Below are positions 45,006 to 54,860 of a DNA stretch of 64,000 nt, piece by piece. How positions within the stretch are numbered: the stretch's first letter is position 1; every line of letters begins with the position of its first letter. The notes beneath the pieces were generated by a model. The model did no database searches. It had not been told where the DNA came from and saw nothing but the letters and a program-made list of their open reading frames with translations. This DNA comes from a virus. The position numbers and the translations under genes are program-made. The stretch covers positions 35,906-99,905 of IMG/VR virus record IMGVR_UViG_3300037245_002806; one strand, 5' to 3'.

Positions 45006-45689
45006 CTACGGTGCCGGCGTGCCCGAATCCGCCGAGATTCGCCGTCCTGTTATCCGGCCCGTGAGTATTCTTTTAACCCGCTTGATCTCCTTCTCCACCG
45101 GCTTCGGCAGGAAGTCGAACCCTGTATAGGTGCGGTTACCTTGATCGTCGGTGATCTGTTTAACCGAAAACTCTTTCCTGTTTAGGTGGTAAAAATACAC
45201 CGCCACGGTTTCCAAACAAAGCCCTTTTACGTCCCATGGCACATCGCCGACGGCTGCCACCCCGCTCCAGTATTTTACTTGGAGCACATCGAGCCCTTGT
45301 ACGAAGTGAAGCGGAAAGGTACCGCTTGCCCCGGTGTATTCGATTTTCCCGCGCTCGGTGTCCAAAATATAGTCGGTTGCCGGGATAATGGTGCCCGCCG
45401 CGAATTCCCTGGTCGAATCGTTGTTTAGCTCGGAGACCGAAAGCACCGGCGCTTGTAAAAGCCAGATCTCCCACGTGCCCGGTTTTAGGATCTTGTGGCG
45501 CTCGGTGATCAACCCCCGGCTCACGACTTCCACCGTAAGCCGGTTTTCGATATTTCTCGAAGCGGTGTTGATCAAAGTGCGTAGGCTGTCACCCTCTGGG
45601 ATGTTCTCTTGGTTTATCGACGCCCACGCTTTCGCCTCTGGCTCTGTTACCAGAGCATACGGAGAAAGCTGAACAACCAATGGGGCCAT
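45006..45689 (-). CDS. head-tail connector (gp6/gp15-like)
   Basis: LVT..EAK, LINTAS..IEN, P.LSVS, V.Y.SG...VP.DVK..CL. Confidence 0.8.
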   Translation of the reverse strand: MAPLVVQLSPYALVTEPEAKAWASINQENIPEGDSLRTLINTASRNIENRLTVEVVSRGLITERHKILKPGTWEIWLLQAPVLSVSELNNDSTREFAAGTIIPATDYILDTERGKIEYTGASGTFPLHFVQGLDVLQVKYWSGVAAVGDVPWDVKGLCLETVAVYFYHLNRKEFSVKQITDDQGNRTYTGFDFLPKPVEKEIKRVKRILTGRITGRRISADSGTPAP

Positions 45690-45695
45690 GGTTTT

Positions 45696-46397
45696 TTATC
45701 CCTTGATCTTGTTTACCTTGCCCGGTGGCCGCCCACGTCGCTTTTTGGGCTCTTCCGCCGGCTTGGCGTCTTCTGCGTCTGGATTAAAGTCCGGCCCCGC
45801 GATATCCCCTGGCGTATCCGGCTTTAACACGGCGCTTTCGGCCTCGGGATTGATCGGAGCCTGCTTTACGGTATCGGTTTCGCGGTTTTCGAGCCCCTTT
45901 AAATAGTGGTCGTGCTCCGCGACAAGAGTGTCAAGCTCCAGCTTTAGGGCTTGGATTTTCTCGGCCCGCTCTCGCGCGGACATATCTTCGCTGGCAGTGA
46001 TCGGCTTGGCCGCGGCTGCCATCTGTACCGGCTCGTCCCCGAGCACCTCTAACTTGTGCTCCTGGCCCTTCCGCTCTTCCTTGGTGAGATAAAGGATCGC
46101 CGGCCCTTTAAAAGCCTCGCGCTCGCCGTAGTAATACATATATCCGGCACGCAACTTGCATCGGTCCTTGTCCACTTTCGGCCCGACCCCGGATTCGAAG
46201 GCGAGCGCCGGGTTGTAGTTTGGATCGAGGTGACGGGTTGCTAGCGGTTGCTCCTGCTGTTCCCGCGCCGCATGGCTGGTCGTGATCCTCGCTCGGGTTT
46301 GCTCCGGGGTGGTCTCGACCCTGGGTTGTTGCTGCGACATCCCCGGAACCAAAATATCGAGCCCGGTTTCTTTGTCAACTAACTCTTGCTCTGCCAT
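45696..46397 (-). CDS. hypothetical protein with C-terminal AT-hook-like motif
   Basis: Start MAEQELV after GGAAGGATGGG; KKRRGRPPGK. Confidence 0.65.
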   Translation of the reverse strand: MAEQELVDKETGLDILVPGMSQQQPRVETTPEQTRARITTSHAAREQQEQPLATRHLDPNYNPALAFESGVGPKVDKDRCKLRAGYMYYYGEREAFKGPAILYLTKEERKGQEHKLEVLGDEPVQMAAAAKPITASEDMSARERAEKIQALKLELDTLVAEHDHYLKGLENRETDTVKQAPINPEAESAVLKPDTPGDIAGPDFNPDAEDAKPAEEPKKRRGRPPGKVNKIKG

Positions 46398-46512
46398 GGT
46401 TTCCCATCCTTCCCGAAATGGTTTGCTTAAAAGAGAGGGTTGCCCCGTCCATGGCAAGTAGGGTCGGGAAGAAATGCACCTACCTACCATCTGGGGGCAA
46501 CCCCCAACTGGT

Positions 46513-47277
46513 TTACTCCAAGTGACCGAAATCGTGTTGGCCAAAATCGCCAATAACAGGATCTCGCTTGCCGTGGTACAGGTTGAACCCACCGAAAACG
46601 TTGCCGGAAGCGCCTACCACTGCGGAAAGGTAGATCTGGATGTAACGCTTCGTGTGGATGCCGTCGAGGTGCCCAATGTGCACGCCCGTGCTGTTGTCTA
46701 CGCCCACCTCGATGGTCTCATCGCTCGATCCGCCCAAGGTTGCAAAGTCGGAAGCGGTGATCGAGGTGATCGAGGAAAAGATCGCGGTGGTAGTCTTGAT
46801 CGCCGCCTGGGTGTAGGCCACAACCTCGGTGATCGGCTGCGTTTTGACTTCTTCCGGCGGGTACTTACCCTGCACTACCGGAACGATACCAAAGCCCACG
46901 ACGGTAACGTTGCCGACGGTGATCGTCGATGTGGTGTCCACTACCTCGATTCGAAGCCTGCTCGGGTTGGCCGGCTGCGCTGCGATGGTAAGTGCGATGT
47001 TGGTCAGATCCACGGCGGCCACGATGGTGTCATCGGTAACGAGTACCGTATCCCCGACGGCCCCGGAAATGTCCGCCGCGTCGGAAAGGGCGGAATCGTT
47101 GCCGTGCCGAATCTTCCAATCGATCACGCCATCGAGGGGAAGCACGTCAACCGCGAGAAACGCTTGGATGGAATCGAAACCCTTTTTGTCTACGATCGTT
47201 CCCGCCAACGTGGTGGAAATCGCCGTAACGGTGGAAATCACCGAATAAGCGGGTTTAATGGAATGGGTGTTCTTCAT
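46513..47277 (-). CDS. putative capsid decoration protein
   Basis: Directly after MCP; GTIVD..GFDS...SDAADISGA...KRYI with central insertion; AAGGAG SD. Confidence 0.65.
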   Translation of the reverse strand: MKNTHSIKPAYSVISTVTAISTTLAGTIVDKKGFDSIQAFLAVDVLPLDGVIDWKIRHGNDSALSDAADISGAVGDTVLVTDDTIVAAVDLTNIALTIAAQPANPSRLRIEVVDTTSTITVGNVTVVGFGIVPVVQGKYPPEEVKTQPITEVVAYTQAAIKTTTAIFSSITSITASDFATLGGSSDETIEVGVDNSTGVHIGHLDGIHTKRYIQIYLSAVVGASGNVFGGFNLYHGKRDPVIGDFGQHDFGHLE

Positions 47278-47307
47278 CTCTCTATCTCCTTTGTTGTTGC
47301 ACTAATG

Positions 47308-47330
47308 AAAGGCGCCCACGGGGGCGCCCT
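47308..47330 (-). terminator. hairpin after major capsid gene
   Basis: GGCGCCC stem with short TTT tail. Confidence 0.45.
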
Positions 47331-47350
47331 TAGATTTTTTCTCCCACCCT

Positions 47351-48598
47351 CTACGCGGTAAGCGCGTCGGAAATGAGGGTAAACGACTCGACGTGCCGCA
47401 AAGCCACGTCCACTTCGGCGGTGGCCTTCAGCCACACCTGGTTGGTCTGGAAAGCGGTACCGGCTTGCCGGCTGGCGTCCAACTCCAACCCGAGCCACAT
47501 ACCGATGATCAATTCCGCCCAATTGGAGAAGTAGATCTCCGAAAGGTTGGTCCCGCTGCCCTTGGAAAGGTTGGTCGGGATCTGGGTGGTCTCTTCCCAT
47601 TTGAAACCAAGTCGGTCGCCCAACTCGGCATCGGACATCGGAAGCACCACATAGGCGCCGTCGGCCTGGTTGCTGAACTGCGCGATCCGCTCTCGGCGCA
47701 TCTTGCCGGAGATCAACGGGCTCATCGCGTAGCCCATGTTGCCCTTGAGGGCATTCTTTTCGGCCAGAGCTTGCCGCATGAGGTCCGCGGCGGAGAAGTC
47801 GAAAGAGCCACCGTTGGTGCCGAGCGCCACGGTGTTGATTCCGACGGTGTTGGCGATCCCGATGGGTTCGCCGCTAGCCCCGGTGCCCCGCAAGGCTGCC
47901 AAGTCGATGGCCTCTGCGATGGCCATTCCCATATCTTTTCGGACGATCCCTTCGGCTGCCGGTACCGACATCCGTTGCAGACGACTCGACATCTTGACCA
48001 ATGCCGAAATCTGCCGCGGCTGCAAGGCGATTTGGCCAACCGTCGAATCGCTCGGGGTGATCGCTTGGTTCTCACCCGTCCAGAAAGCGGTTGCTCCACC
48101 GATTTGCCTGGGGATCTCGACCGGGCTGCCGGTAAGATTCGGCATTACGGTCGCGCCCAATTTCTCGGTAACGATGTTGGGACGGAGAAGCTCGATAAAG
48201 AAGCTCGAAAGCACCTGGTTCGGTACCAGGTACCCGCCCAACTGGTCGTTGCTGGTGCTCATCTCCCGCTTGCGCGAAAGATCGTCTCGTTCTTTCTCGG
48301 AGATGCCGTAGGCCGCTTCGTCGGTAAGCCCGAAAACTTCCCGCTCGAATTCGGCTCCACGCCAATTGTTGTAAAGGATCCCGTAAGCGGCCTTGATGAA
48401 GGAAAACTCGCGTCCGTCGTTTTTCTCCTCGCTGCCCGGAACCCCGACAACCCGTTTCGAACCCTCGGCCCGAATCCCGGCCAAAGCCTTGTCCGTCTCG
48501 GTTTGTTTGTCCTCCATGACGGTGAGCCGTTCGCCCACGCTGGCCATGTGCCCACCCAACTTTTCGAGTTGGGCCATAATTTTCTGTAACTCGTTCAT
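47351..48598 (-). CDS. HK97-fold major capsid protein
   Basis: GGYLVP, IP.Q.GGATA.W.GEN, D.A.L.GTG..GEP.GI; N-terminal coiled-coil delta domain. Confidence 0.95.
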   Translation of the reverse strand: MNELQKIMAQLEKLGGHMASVGERLTVMEDKQTETDKALAGIRAEGSKRVVGVPGSEEKNDGREFSFIKAAYGILYNNWRGAEFEREVFGLTDEAAYGISEKERDDLSRKREMSTSNDQLGGYLVPNQVLSSFFIELLRPNIVTEKLGATVMPNLTGSPVEIPRQIGGATAFWTGENQAITPSDSTVGQIALQPRQISALVKMSSRLQRMSVPAAEGIVRKDMGMAIAEAIDLAALRGTGASGEPIGIANTVGINTVALGTNGGSFDFSAADLMRQALAEKNALKGNMGYAMSPLISGKMRRERIAQFSNQADGAYVVLPMSDAELGDRLGFKWEETTQIPTNLSKGSGTNLSEIYFSNWAELIIGMWLGLELDASRQAGTAFQTNQVWLKATAEVDVALRHVESFTLISDALTA

Positions 48599-48608
48599 TA
48601 GCTCCACC

Positions 48609-51518
48609 TTAGTCGTTGTGCCCTCGTAGCTTACGATCTGCTATTTCAAGGGCTTTTGTCGTCTGTTCGAGGATAGTACCGAAATTATCTTTATTCCGGC
48701 TCTCGGCCAACTGTCGGATTAAATCCCCATTGCTGCCTTTTTTGCTACCCTCAGTAAGCAACCCGATAAACTCGGATTTAAACGCGAGTACCTTGGCAAT
48801 GCCGTCGGTAACCGCGTTTTCGACTTTGGTAAGCCTCTCGGAGAGAATGCCCGCCTGTGTTTTTAGCCGTCCGCCAACGGCTTCGACCCCGTTGGTATCC
48901 GGCTCCTCGTTGAGCCTTTTCGAGCGGAGTGCAACAAAGTCGTCCGCCGCCCGTTGCTCGAATGTAAAAATCCCCGCCTCTTCGGAGAATTTCGAAGCGT
49001 CGAAACCGTGCTGCCGGGCAAAAGCCTCGGCGTCGGATTTCTCCCAATGGTTCGCCTCGAATTTAAGTGCTTGGATCTCGTATGCCGCCTCGCTCGCGCT
49101 CTGGTATCCCATGTATACCAAGTCCAGCATCAGCTCGGCCCCGGTGGTCCCATTGACTAGCCCGCCGGCGCTGTCTTCGAGAAAACGCGCCAACGTCGCC
49201 AACTGCTCGATCGACCGGAAAGCCGGCGCTTCTTTGTCGAACTGCTCGTAATGCGTGCGAAGGTGGAAATATGCCCGCCGGCGTACCGACTCGGGGATTG
49301 TTCCGTCGATACTCTTGCTCAACAAGGTGCGCATCGCCCGGCGGGTTGCATCGAACACTACGGGTGTTCCTTCCTCTGCCAAATGGTGCGGCATCAAATA
49401 CCCTTTCGGGTTCTTTGTGTCGTTTGCATCGTAGATTAAGGAGGTTTGCCGTCTTAGCTCGATGTTGTCTCCAACTGCTTTTTCCCAATCGGCCCGCTTC
49501 ATCGTGGTGTCTTCTGGGGCCTTCTCCGGCTTGTGGGCTCTTACCACGCGCCATTTGTGCTCGCCCTCGGGATCGGTGGCCAACTCCACTCGAAGCGCCG
49601 CCAGGATTTCGGCTTTTAGCTTCTCTTGGTCTGGCACCGAATGCAGGTTGATTTCTATATCACCGCCCGCCTGGCCGTTGTCTAGCTTCGCGGGTTGTCC
49701 GTTGTCCGGCTCCACCATTTTAAACTCGGGTGGCGTCTCTTCGAACCCCTCGTAATGGTTCGCCAGATGATCGTAAACGACCCGGCGCTCGCCTTCGGGG
49801 ATATCCTCAACCCCCCCAAGCAAGTCGTCCATGGCTTGCTGCACGCCCTCCAGGTTGACGTAACCGTCTTCGGACCTGTGGTGCCCGAGCGCCAATTGCT
49901 CGAATTTGTCCGGTGGGAGCTTCGCCGAATAGGCGAAAAAGCCTGCAACCACGCCCCGCCCTTCCTCGTCGAGCCCTTCAAAATCGGGGAAGTCGTTTGC
50001 GGCCAGCGGTTGCCACTCTTCCTCTTTCGGCGCCATTTCGGTCGAAACGTCTATGGGTACCGCTCGCGCCGGCTCCGGCTCGGGATCCGCGGTGGTCTTC
50101 GACGGGTTGGGATCGTGGGTTTCGCCCTCGGGCTTTACGTCTTCCAATTCGCCCTCTGGGGATAAGCTCGCCCGGAACTGCTGTGGCTCGACCGGCGCAA
50201 TGAGCTTAAAAATGGAATCCACCGCCTCGGTCGGGTTGCTCTTCATCTCTGCCGCTTCCACGGCCAAAGTGTAAGTAAGCTCGCTGTGGGTTTCCTTGAC
50301 CCATTCCAAAACCGCGGCCAACTCTTCCGCGGTGCTCTTTACGCTGTCGGGTGGCTCCATTTCGAAAGCCACATAGTGAGCGCGAAGGTGCCGTTTTACC
50401 CCGGCTTTATCCGCTCCTGGCATTTCGGTTTGATCTAGCCGGCCCGCCGCCGCCGAGACCCCTTTAAAAACGATGGCCCCATCCTTTGATCTGTGGTGCG
50501 GTAGGCTCAACTGCCCGTAGGCGCTTGCCGGGCTTGCATCGGCCCATGCGAAGTGCCCTGCGATTTTCTGCATTTCGGCGCTGGTAAGGTCTTCCCACGC
50601 CTTCTCGGTAAAATCGCTGAGGTTGGGGGCGCTCCATGCCTCGTCCTGGTCCGCCTTGGTTGTGGAAACGTCGGTCGGAACCACGCCTTTATCTAGGGCT
50701 GTCGGTGGCGCCACCGCGTCGGCTTGTGCTTTGCTGCTCGGAAAGAATTCCAGAAGCCCTTTCGAGATTTCGAGGTTTACGTCATGCAACCTCTGTGCCA
50801 ACTTCCTAAGCCCCGGAAGCTCTTCCTCTGGCACCGCTCCTCGAAAAGCCCGCACGCTTTCTTCGGTGATCGCGTTGGGATTCGCCGGCACCGGTACCGC
50901 GGAATTCTCCAAAAGGGTTTGCTTTTGGTGCAAAACGCCCCACGGCCCCAGATCCAACTCTTTCCGCTCGTCCTCGTCCTCTGGCGCCAGAAACTCCTCG
51001 GGAATAAACCCGACCGAAAACGCCCGCATGTCGCCGTCTTCGTAAACGCCCTTGAGGATTTGCGCTTCGGGGTTGGCTCTCGACCAAAGGAAAACACCTC
51101 GAAGCCTCGTCCGGGTGTCCCCGCTGGCCCCGACGGCATCTTGGTAAATGTCCAGAGCATGCCCGACCGCGATCCCGCCGTAGTCGTGGCCGAATAGGAG
51201 CACCGGATTTTTTCGGTACTCTTCGAGCATCCACCCGTTTACCAGGATTCGATCCCCGTACCGGTCCTTGCTCTCATCGGAAATGGTGGCCACAAAAACA
51301 TCCTCGTGGAATCCATCGGCCAACCGGGTTTCTGGTGTGCCATGCGAAAGCGCCAGGTTGCGAAGCTCTTCGACCCTCTTGGTGGTAAGTCGTTTCCCGT
51401 ATCCAAGATCGAGATCCGCATAGTGAGGCTTCCGCACGTGGTAATCATGGCCAACCTGCTTTCCTTTGTTGCCGGAAAATAGCTGGCCTATCGAACCCCA
51501 TACGATTTTTCGTTTCAT
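48609..51518 (-). CDS. HK97-family prohead protease with three tandem extra domains
   Basis: DRYGD, NPVLLFGHD, AFSVGF, LLENSAVPVPANP.A; three (P/G)HH...HL..HY..F...P repeats. Confidence 0.9.
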   Translation of the reverse strand: MKRKIVWGSIGQLFSGNKGKQVGHDYHVRKPHYADLDLGYGKRLTTKRVEELRNLALSHGTPETRLADGFHEDVFVATISDESKDRYGDRILVNGWMLEEYRKNPVLLFGHDYGGIAVGHALDIYQDAVGASGDTRTRLRGVFLWSRANPEAQILKGVYEDGDMRAFSVGFIPEEFLAPEDEDERKELDLGPWGVLHQKQTLLENSAVPVPANPNAITEESVRAFRGAVPEEELPGLRKLAQRLHDVNLEISKGLLEFFPSSKAQADAVAPPTALDKGVVPTDVSTTKADQDEAWSAPNLSDFTEKAWEDLTSAEMQKIAGHFAWADASPASAYGQLSLPHHRSKDGAIVFKGVSAAAGRLDQTEMPGADKAGVKRHLRAHYVAFEMEPPDSVKSTAEELAAVLEWVKETHSELTYTLAVEAAEMKSNPTEAVDSIFKLIAPVEPQQFRASLSPEGELEDVKPEGETHDPNPSKTTADPEPEPARAVPIDVSTEMAPKEEEWQPLAANDFPDFEGLDEEGRGVVAGFFAYSAKLPPDKFEQLALGHHRSEDGYVNLEGVQQAMDDLLGGVEDIPEGERRVVYDHLANHYEGFEETPPEFKMVEPDNGQPAKLDNGQAGGDIEINLHSVPDQEKLKAEILAALRVELATDPEGEHKWRVVRAHKPEKAPEDTTMKRADWEKAVGDNIELRRQTSLIYDANDTKNPKGYLMPHHLAEEGTPVVFDATRRAMRTLLSKSIDGTIPESVRRRAYFHLRTHYEQFDKEAPAFRSIEQLATLARFLEDSAGGLVNGTTGAELMLDLVYMGYQSASEAAYEIQALKFEANHWEKSDAEAFARQHGFDASKFSEEAGIFTFEQRAADDFVALRSKRLNEEPDTNGVEAVGGRLKTQAGILSERLTKVENAVTDGIAKVLAFKSEFIGLLTEGSKKGSNGDLIRQLAESRNKDNFGTILEQTTKALEIADRKLRGHND
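49655..49670 (-). promoter_or_regulatory. putative late-promoter motif inside protease gene
   Basis: GCGGGCGGTGATATAG (15/16 match), same orientation as other copies. Confidence 0.5.
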
Positions 51519-51592
51519 TGTGATCCGCTCCTATGTTTCGCTCGTTCTCGGTTTTCCCTGTGTAGGGCGGTGGCGCTCGGCCACACCGTGAA

Positions 51593-54079
51593 CTAAGCCG
51601 GTGCGGGCTCCAATAGAAGCCCTAACTCTTCCAATTCTTCATCCAACTCTTCTACGGCTGCCGTCCAGATATCCTTATAAATCGGGGTGGTTAGCTCGGT
51701 AAGGCTTTCTTTAAATTCTTTCGGGTCGAATGCCAATGCCTGCACCGACGAAGATTCTAGATCCGCGTCCCCGATAAGCTGTAGCTGTGCCCCACGAATT
51801 CGCCAAAATATCTTGTGGATCACCTTGTGGAGTCTTTTTTGCCCCGGCTCCATTACCTTGGCAACTATGTACTCCCAAAGCCGTGTGCGTGCTTCCTCGG
51901 TAACCCAAAGCTGTTTCCCACCCTCGGAATAGGGTATTAGTGCGCATCGACAATTGACCACCTGTTCCGCCGGCGCTCTGGGATCAAGTGGGAATTCGAG
52001 CACCCCCGTCGAACCGATAATCTCGCCGTAATTAAATCCAACCTCTTCTACCTTGCCGTCGAGGGTTTTGTGATCGTCTCGTACCCGTTGATCCCTCGCC
52101 GATAGCCACTGGTTTTGCGGTATCCGCTTCCGCTGCATCTGCACCCGGCGGGCAATGGATGTCATCTGCGCGGATTCGGTAAGCGCCTTGCTCCCCACGT
52201 TCGGCGTGCCGGCCACGAATCGGAACTGCTCACGTACCAAGTCTAGCAACGCCGTCTTCGAAGCTCCCGCGGCCACGCCCTTTTGGAGCGTGAACACCAT
52301 TTTATCTCGAACGGTATCGACGATCCTTTGTACCCGGTTTGCTTGCAGGAAAACTAGCTGCACCGCTTCTCGGTCCGCCTCACTAAACGGCCCTCTGGCC
52401 AGCGGCCCGCTCTCGCTCTCCGGTGGCTCTGCGGGATCTCCCGCCGGCGCGTCCGGATCGGGCTTTCCGTCTCCACCTCCGCTATCACCGCCCCCATCGC
52501 CGTCTCCCTCGTCGCCCGGTGTACCTGGCCCGCCTGGCGTATCGTCGCCGTCGCCGTCGCCGTCCGGCTCTGTCGGCTCTTCCTTTTCCCCGGTAGCGGA
52601 AACAGGGATCATGTTCTGGTTTACCCACCATTTTTGCCGCCATGCCGCCGGCTCGAAACCTAGATCCAACCGCTCGTTTATCTCGTCCGCCGTGAAGCCC
52701 ATCTTCCAAAGGGTTTCGGCCACCTTCGACTTACCTACCAGATCCTCTCGTAACGCTTCGACGTTGCTGGTATCGAAAGCTCCGAATAGCTCGCCCCCGG
52801 TAACCGGCGCGAATAAAAACGAGTCGGTATTGTCTTCGTAATAGGTCATCAACGGCATTAAGGTGTTATCCCAAAATACCCGCTTGGAAACGATGGCGCT
52901 GGCCTTATTAACGTCTTGGAAAATGCCCATTTCGCTTTTCGGTGTTCCGACCACCGCTAACACTTCGTCCCGCACCCACTGCCGGAGTGTAAAATAGTCC
53001 ATGTCCCGCTGAGACATACCGAGCTTTTCTATCTTGGCGTCCCCGTCGAATACCGCCGGCTGGTGCATGTTGTCGATCCCGGTGTAATCCTTCAATAGCT
53101 GCTCTTCGACGTCGGCTTTTTGGGCCGGGTTGATCCCGTTGGCGAATACCATCACCCACGGCAGTTGTGCCCCGCGCTCGAAAAACGCCAGGTTATACCG
53201 CGCTGCATTGTGATCCTGCATTAACTCGATTTTCAAAGCCTCGGCGGGCGCCAACCCCCTTGCCGGGTTGTTGGGATCGAAAAATTTAAAATGCCCGATT
53301 TGGTCGATTTTAAAGGTCTGCTTATTGTCGGTGATCGTTTTATCTTCCAACGTCCATGCCGTGATCCGCTTTTTCTGTGGATCGCGTACCGCCTTCCACC
53401 CTTTCGCCCCATACGGCCAGATCTCGGTAGGAACGAGCTTGGCTTGCTCGGCCCCCTTTGCGGGCTCTGACGGTGGCGACCACTTGCCCCCATCTTTAAG
53501 AGGTACCCAAAACGTCTCGCCGTCGGTGTTCATATAGACGGTGGTAGCTTCCCAAAGCTGGCTCCTGGTCATCTCGGGGTTTACGTCCCGAAATAATTCC
53601 CACCACGGCCCCTCTTCCACCGGCTCGACCCCCACGGCCCGGCAGATCGTCTCCAGAGGTGCAACCGGCGCGAAGCGTCGGATCGTTGTATAAAAGTCCC
53701 TGGCCAACCGGCGCCGCACCCGGTTTCCCTTCGACTCGAATATATCGAAAAGCTCCGGGTTGATGGCTCGATATTGTTGGCAAAGCTCTTTCCACGTGTC
53801 CCGCCTGGTTCGTAGGTTGTTGGCTGTGCTCTGCTCGCCCGTTTCCCGTAGGAGCACAAAAGGCGCCCTCGATAGCGCCGCGGTTGCTCTTTTTACTGCC
53901 GCGTGAAAATAGGCGTGTTGCCTGTAAGGGTTCGTTAGCGCCTTCTCACCTAGCTTGGTTCGGGAGTTTAAAAAGAATGAGTTATCGACCGGCCCGGCTG
54001 CGGTTTTATTGCTTCTAGCGAAAGATGAGGCGTCTAAATGTATAATTTTACGGGTTTCGCCTCGCACGTTTGGCATCAT
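51593..54079 (-). CDS. portal protein fused to MuF/SPP1-gp7-like head morphogenesis domain
   Basis: NP.MT..QLW, IGHFK.FDP....GL.P, FF..GA, T.DE..E.L.LG; then W.S..D.RVR..H..LDG and FP.DP......NCRC. Confidence 0.92.
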   Translation of the reverse strand: MMPNVRGETRKIIHLDASSFARSNKTAAGPVDNSFFLNSRTKLGEKALTNPYRQHAYFHAAVKRATAALSRAPFVLLRETGEQSTANNLRTRRDTWKELCQQYRAINPELFDIFESKGNRVRRRLARDFYTTIRRFAPVAPLETICRAVGVEPVEEGPWWELFRDVNPEMTRSQLWEATTVYMNTDGETFWVPLKDGGKWSPPSEPAKGAEQAKLVPTEIWPYGAKGWKAVRDPQKKRITAWTLEDKTITDNKQTFKIDQIGHFKFFDPNNPARGLAPAEALKIELMQDHNAARYNLAFFERGAQLPWVMVFANGINPAQKADVEEQLLKDYTGIDNMHQPAVFDGDAKIEKLGMSQRDMDYFTLRQWVRDEVLAVVGTPKSEMGIFQDVNKASAIVSKRVFWDNTLMPLMTYYEDNTDSFLFAPVTGGELFGAFDTSNVEALREDLVGKSKVAETLWKMGFTADEINERLDLGFEPAAWRQKWWVNQNMIPVSATGEKEEPTEPDGDGDGDDTPGGPGTPGDEGDGDGGGDSGGGDGKPDPDAPAGDPAEPPESESGPLARGPFSEADREAVQLVFLQANRVQRIVDTVRDKMVFTLQKGVAAGASKTALLDLVREQFRFVAGTPNVGSKALTESAQMTSIARRVQMQRKRIPQNQWLSARDQRVRDDHKTLDGKVEEVGFNYGEIIGSTGVLEFPLDPRAPAEQVVNCRCALIPYSEGGKQLWVTEEARTRLWEYIVAKVMEPGQKRLHKVIHKIFWRIRGAQLQLIGDADLESSSVQALAFDPKEFKESLTELTTPIYKDIWTAAVEELDEELEELGLLLEPAPA

Positions 54080-54126
54080 GGCATAGTTTAACGCCGGCTG
54101 TCAAGCGAGAATATAAGAGAAAGATT

Positions 54127-54672
54127 CTATTGCCTGGAAAGCTGGTTTATGCTTACCAACGCCGTGTGTTCAAGCAACCCCGTGGTAACATCGCCGAACA
54201 CCAACCGGAAAGAATGTGCGTAAGCCCCGTCGAGCTTGAGCGCGTTTTCTCTGTCGTAATCTACCGAAAGCGTTAGAGCACTAAACGTCTCTCCCAGATC
54301 GATCCTTGGATGAAATACCGTCCGGAACCAATCCTCGGTTTTCTTAAATGGAAGGAGGTTGCTTTCCATAAAATACCCGAGCACCCCAATGCTAAACGCT
54401 GGATCGCCGATAGGCGCCACCGACCCCAAGGCGGTGGCCACGACCCCGTTGGCAAACGCCGCATGGGTTCCATAGTGGCCTAAATCGTGTTTCGCCCCGA
54501 GCCTCAGGTAGACCCGGATAGCCCGAATGATCCAAAGCTCGTTAGGCGCCGGTGGACCAACCCCGATCCACGAATCACCCGCGGCCACGTCCGCCGCGTC
54601 GAAGCTCCCCGCCTGGATAGAGCCCGCCGGCGAGCGGAAATACTTGTTTAAAACCACTGGACCTATTGCCAT
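54127..54672 (-). CDS. hypothetical protein (possibly virion)
   Basis: TAAGGGG SD; beta-rich; upstream of portal. Confidence 0.7.
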   Translation of the reverse strand: MAIGPVVLNKYFRSPAGSIQAGSFDAADVAAGDSWIGVGPPAPNELWIIRAIRVYLRLGAKHDLGHYGTHAAFANGVVATALGSVAPIGDPAFSIGVLGYFMESNLLPFKKTEDWFRTVFHPRIDLGETFSALTLSVDYDRENALKLDGAYAHSFRLVFGDVTTGLLEHTALVSINQLSRQ

Positions 54673-54860
54673 GATACACCCCCTTAATACTTGCGCATCC
54701 TCATTCTACCACCACATCTAGTAGGAGATTGTAAAAAAGCCACTACAAGTAGCGCATAGTTTTCTGTGTTTTTCTCTTGCTTTTCGCTCCATTTAATGCG
54801 ATTATATAATTGCAATGCAAGAGAAAAGCATGTTAAAAACTGGCACACTAGGGGGATAAA

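Noticed and set aside
47393-48589. 398-aa + strand ORF
   Set aside because: Antisense shadow of the major capsid gene
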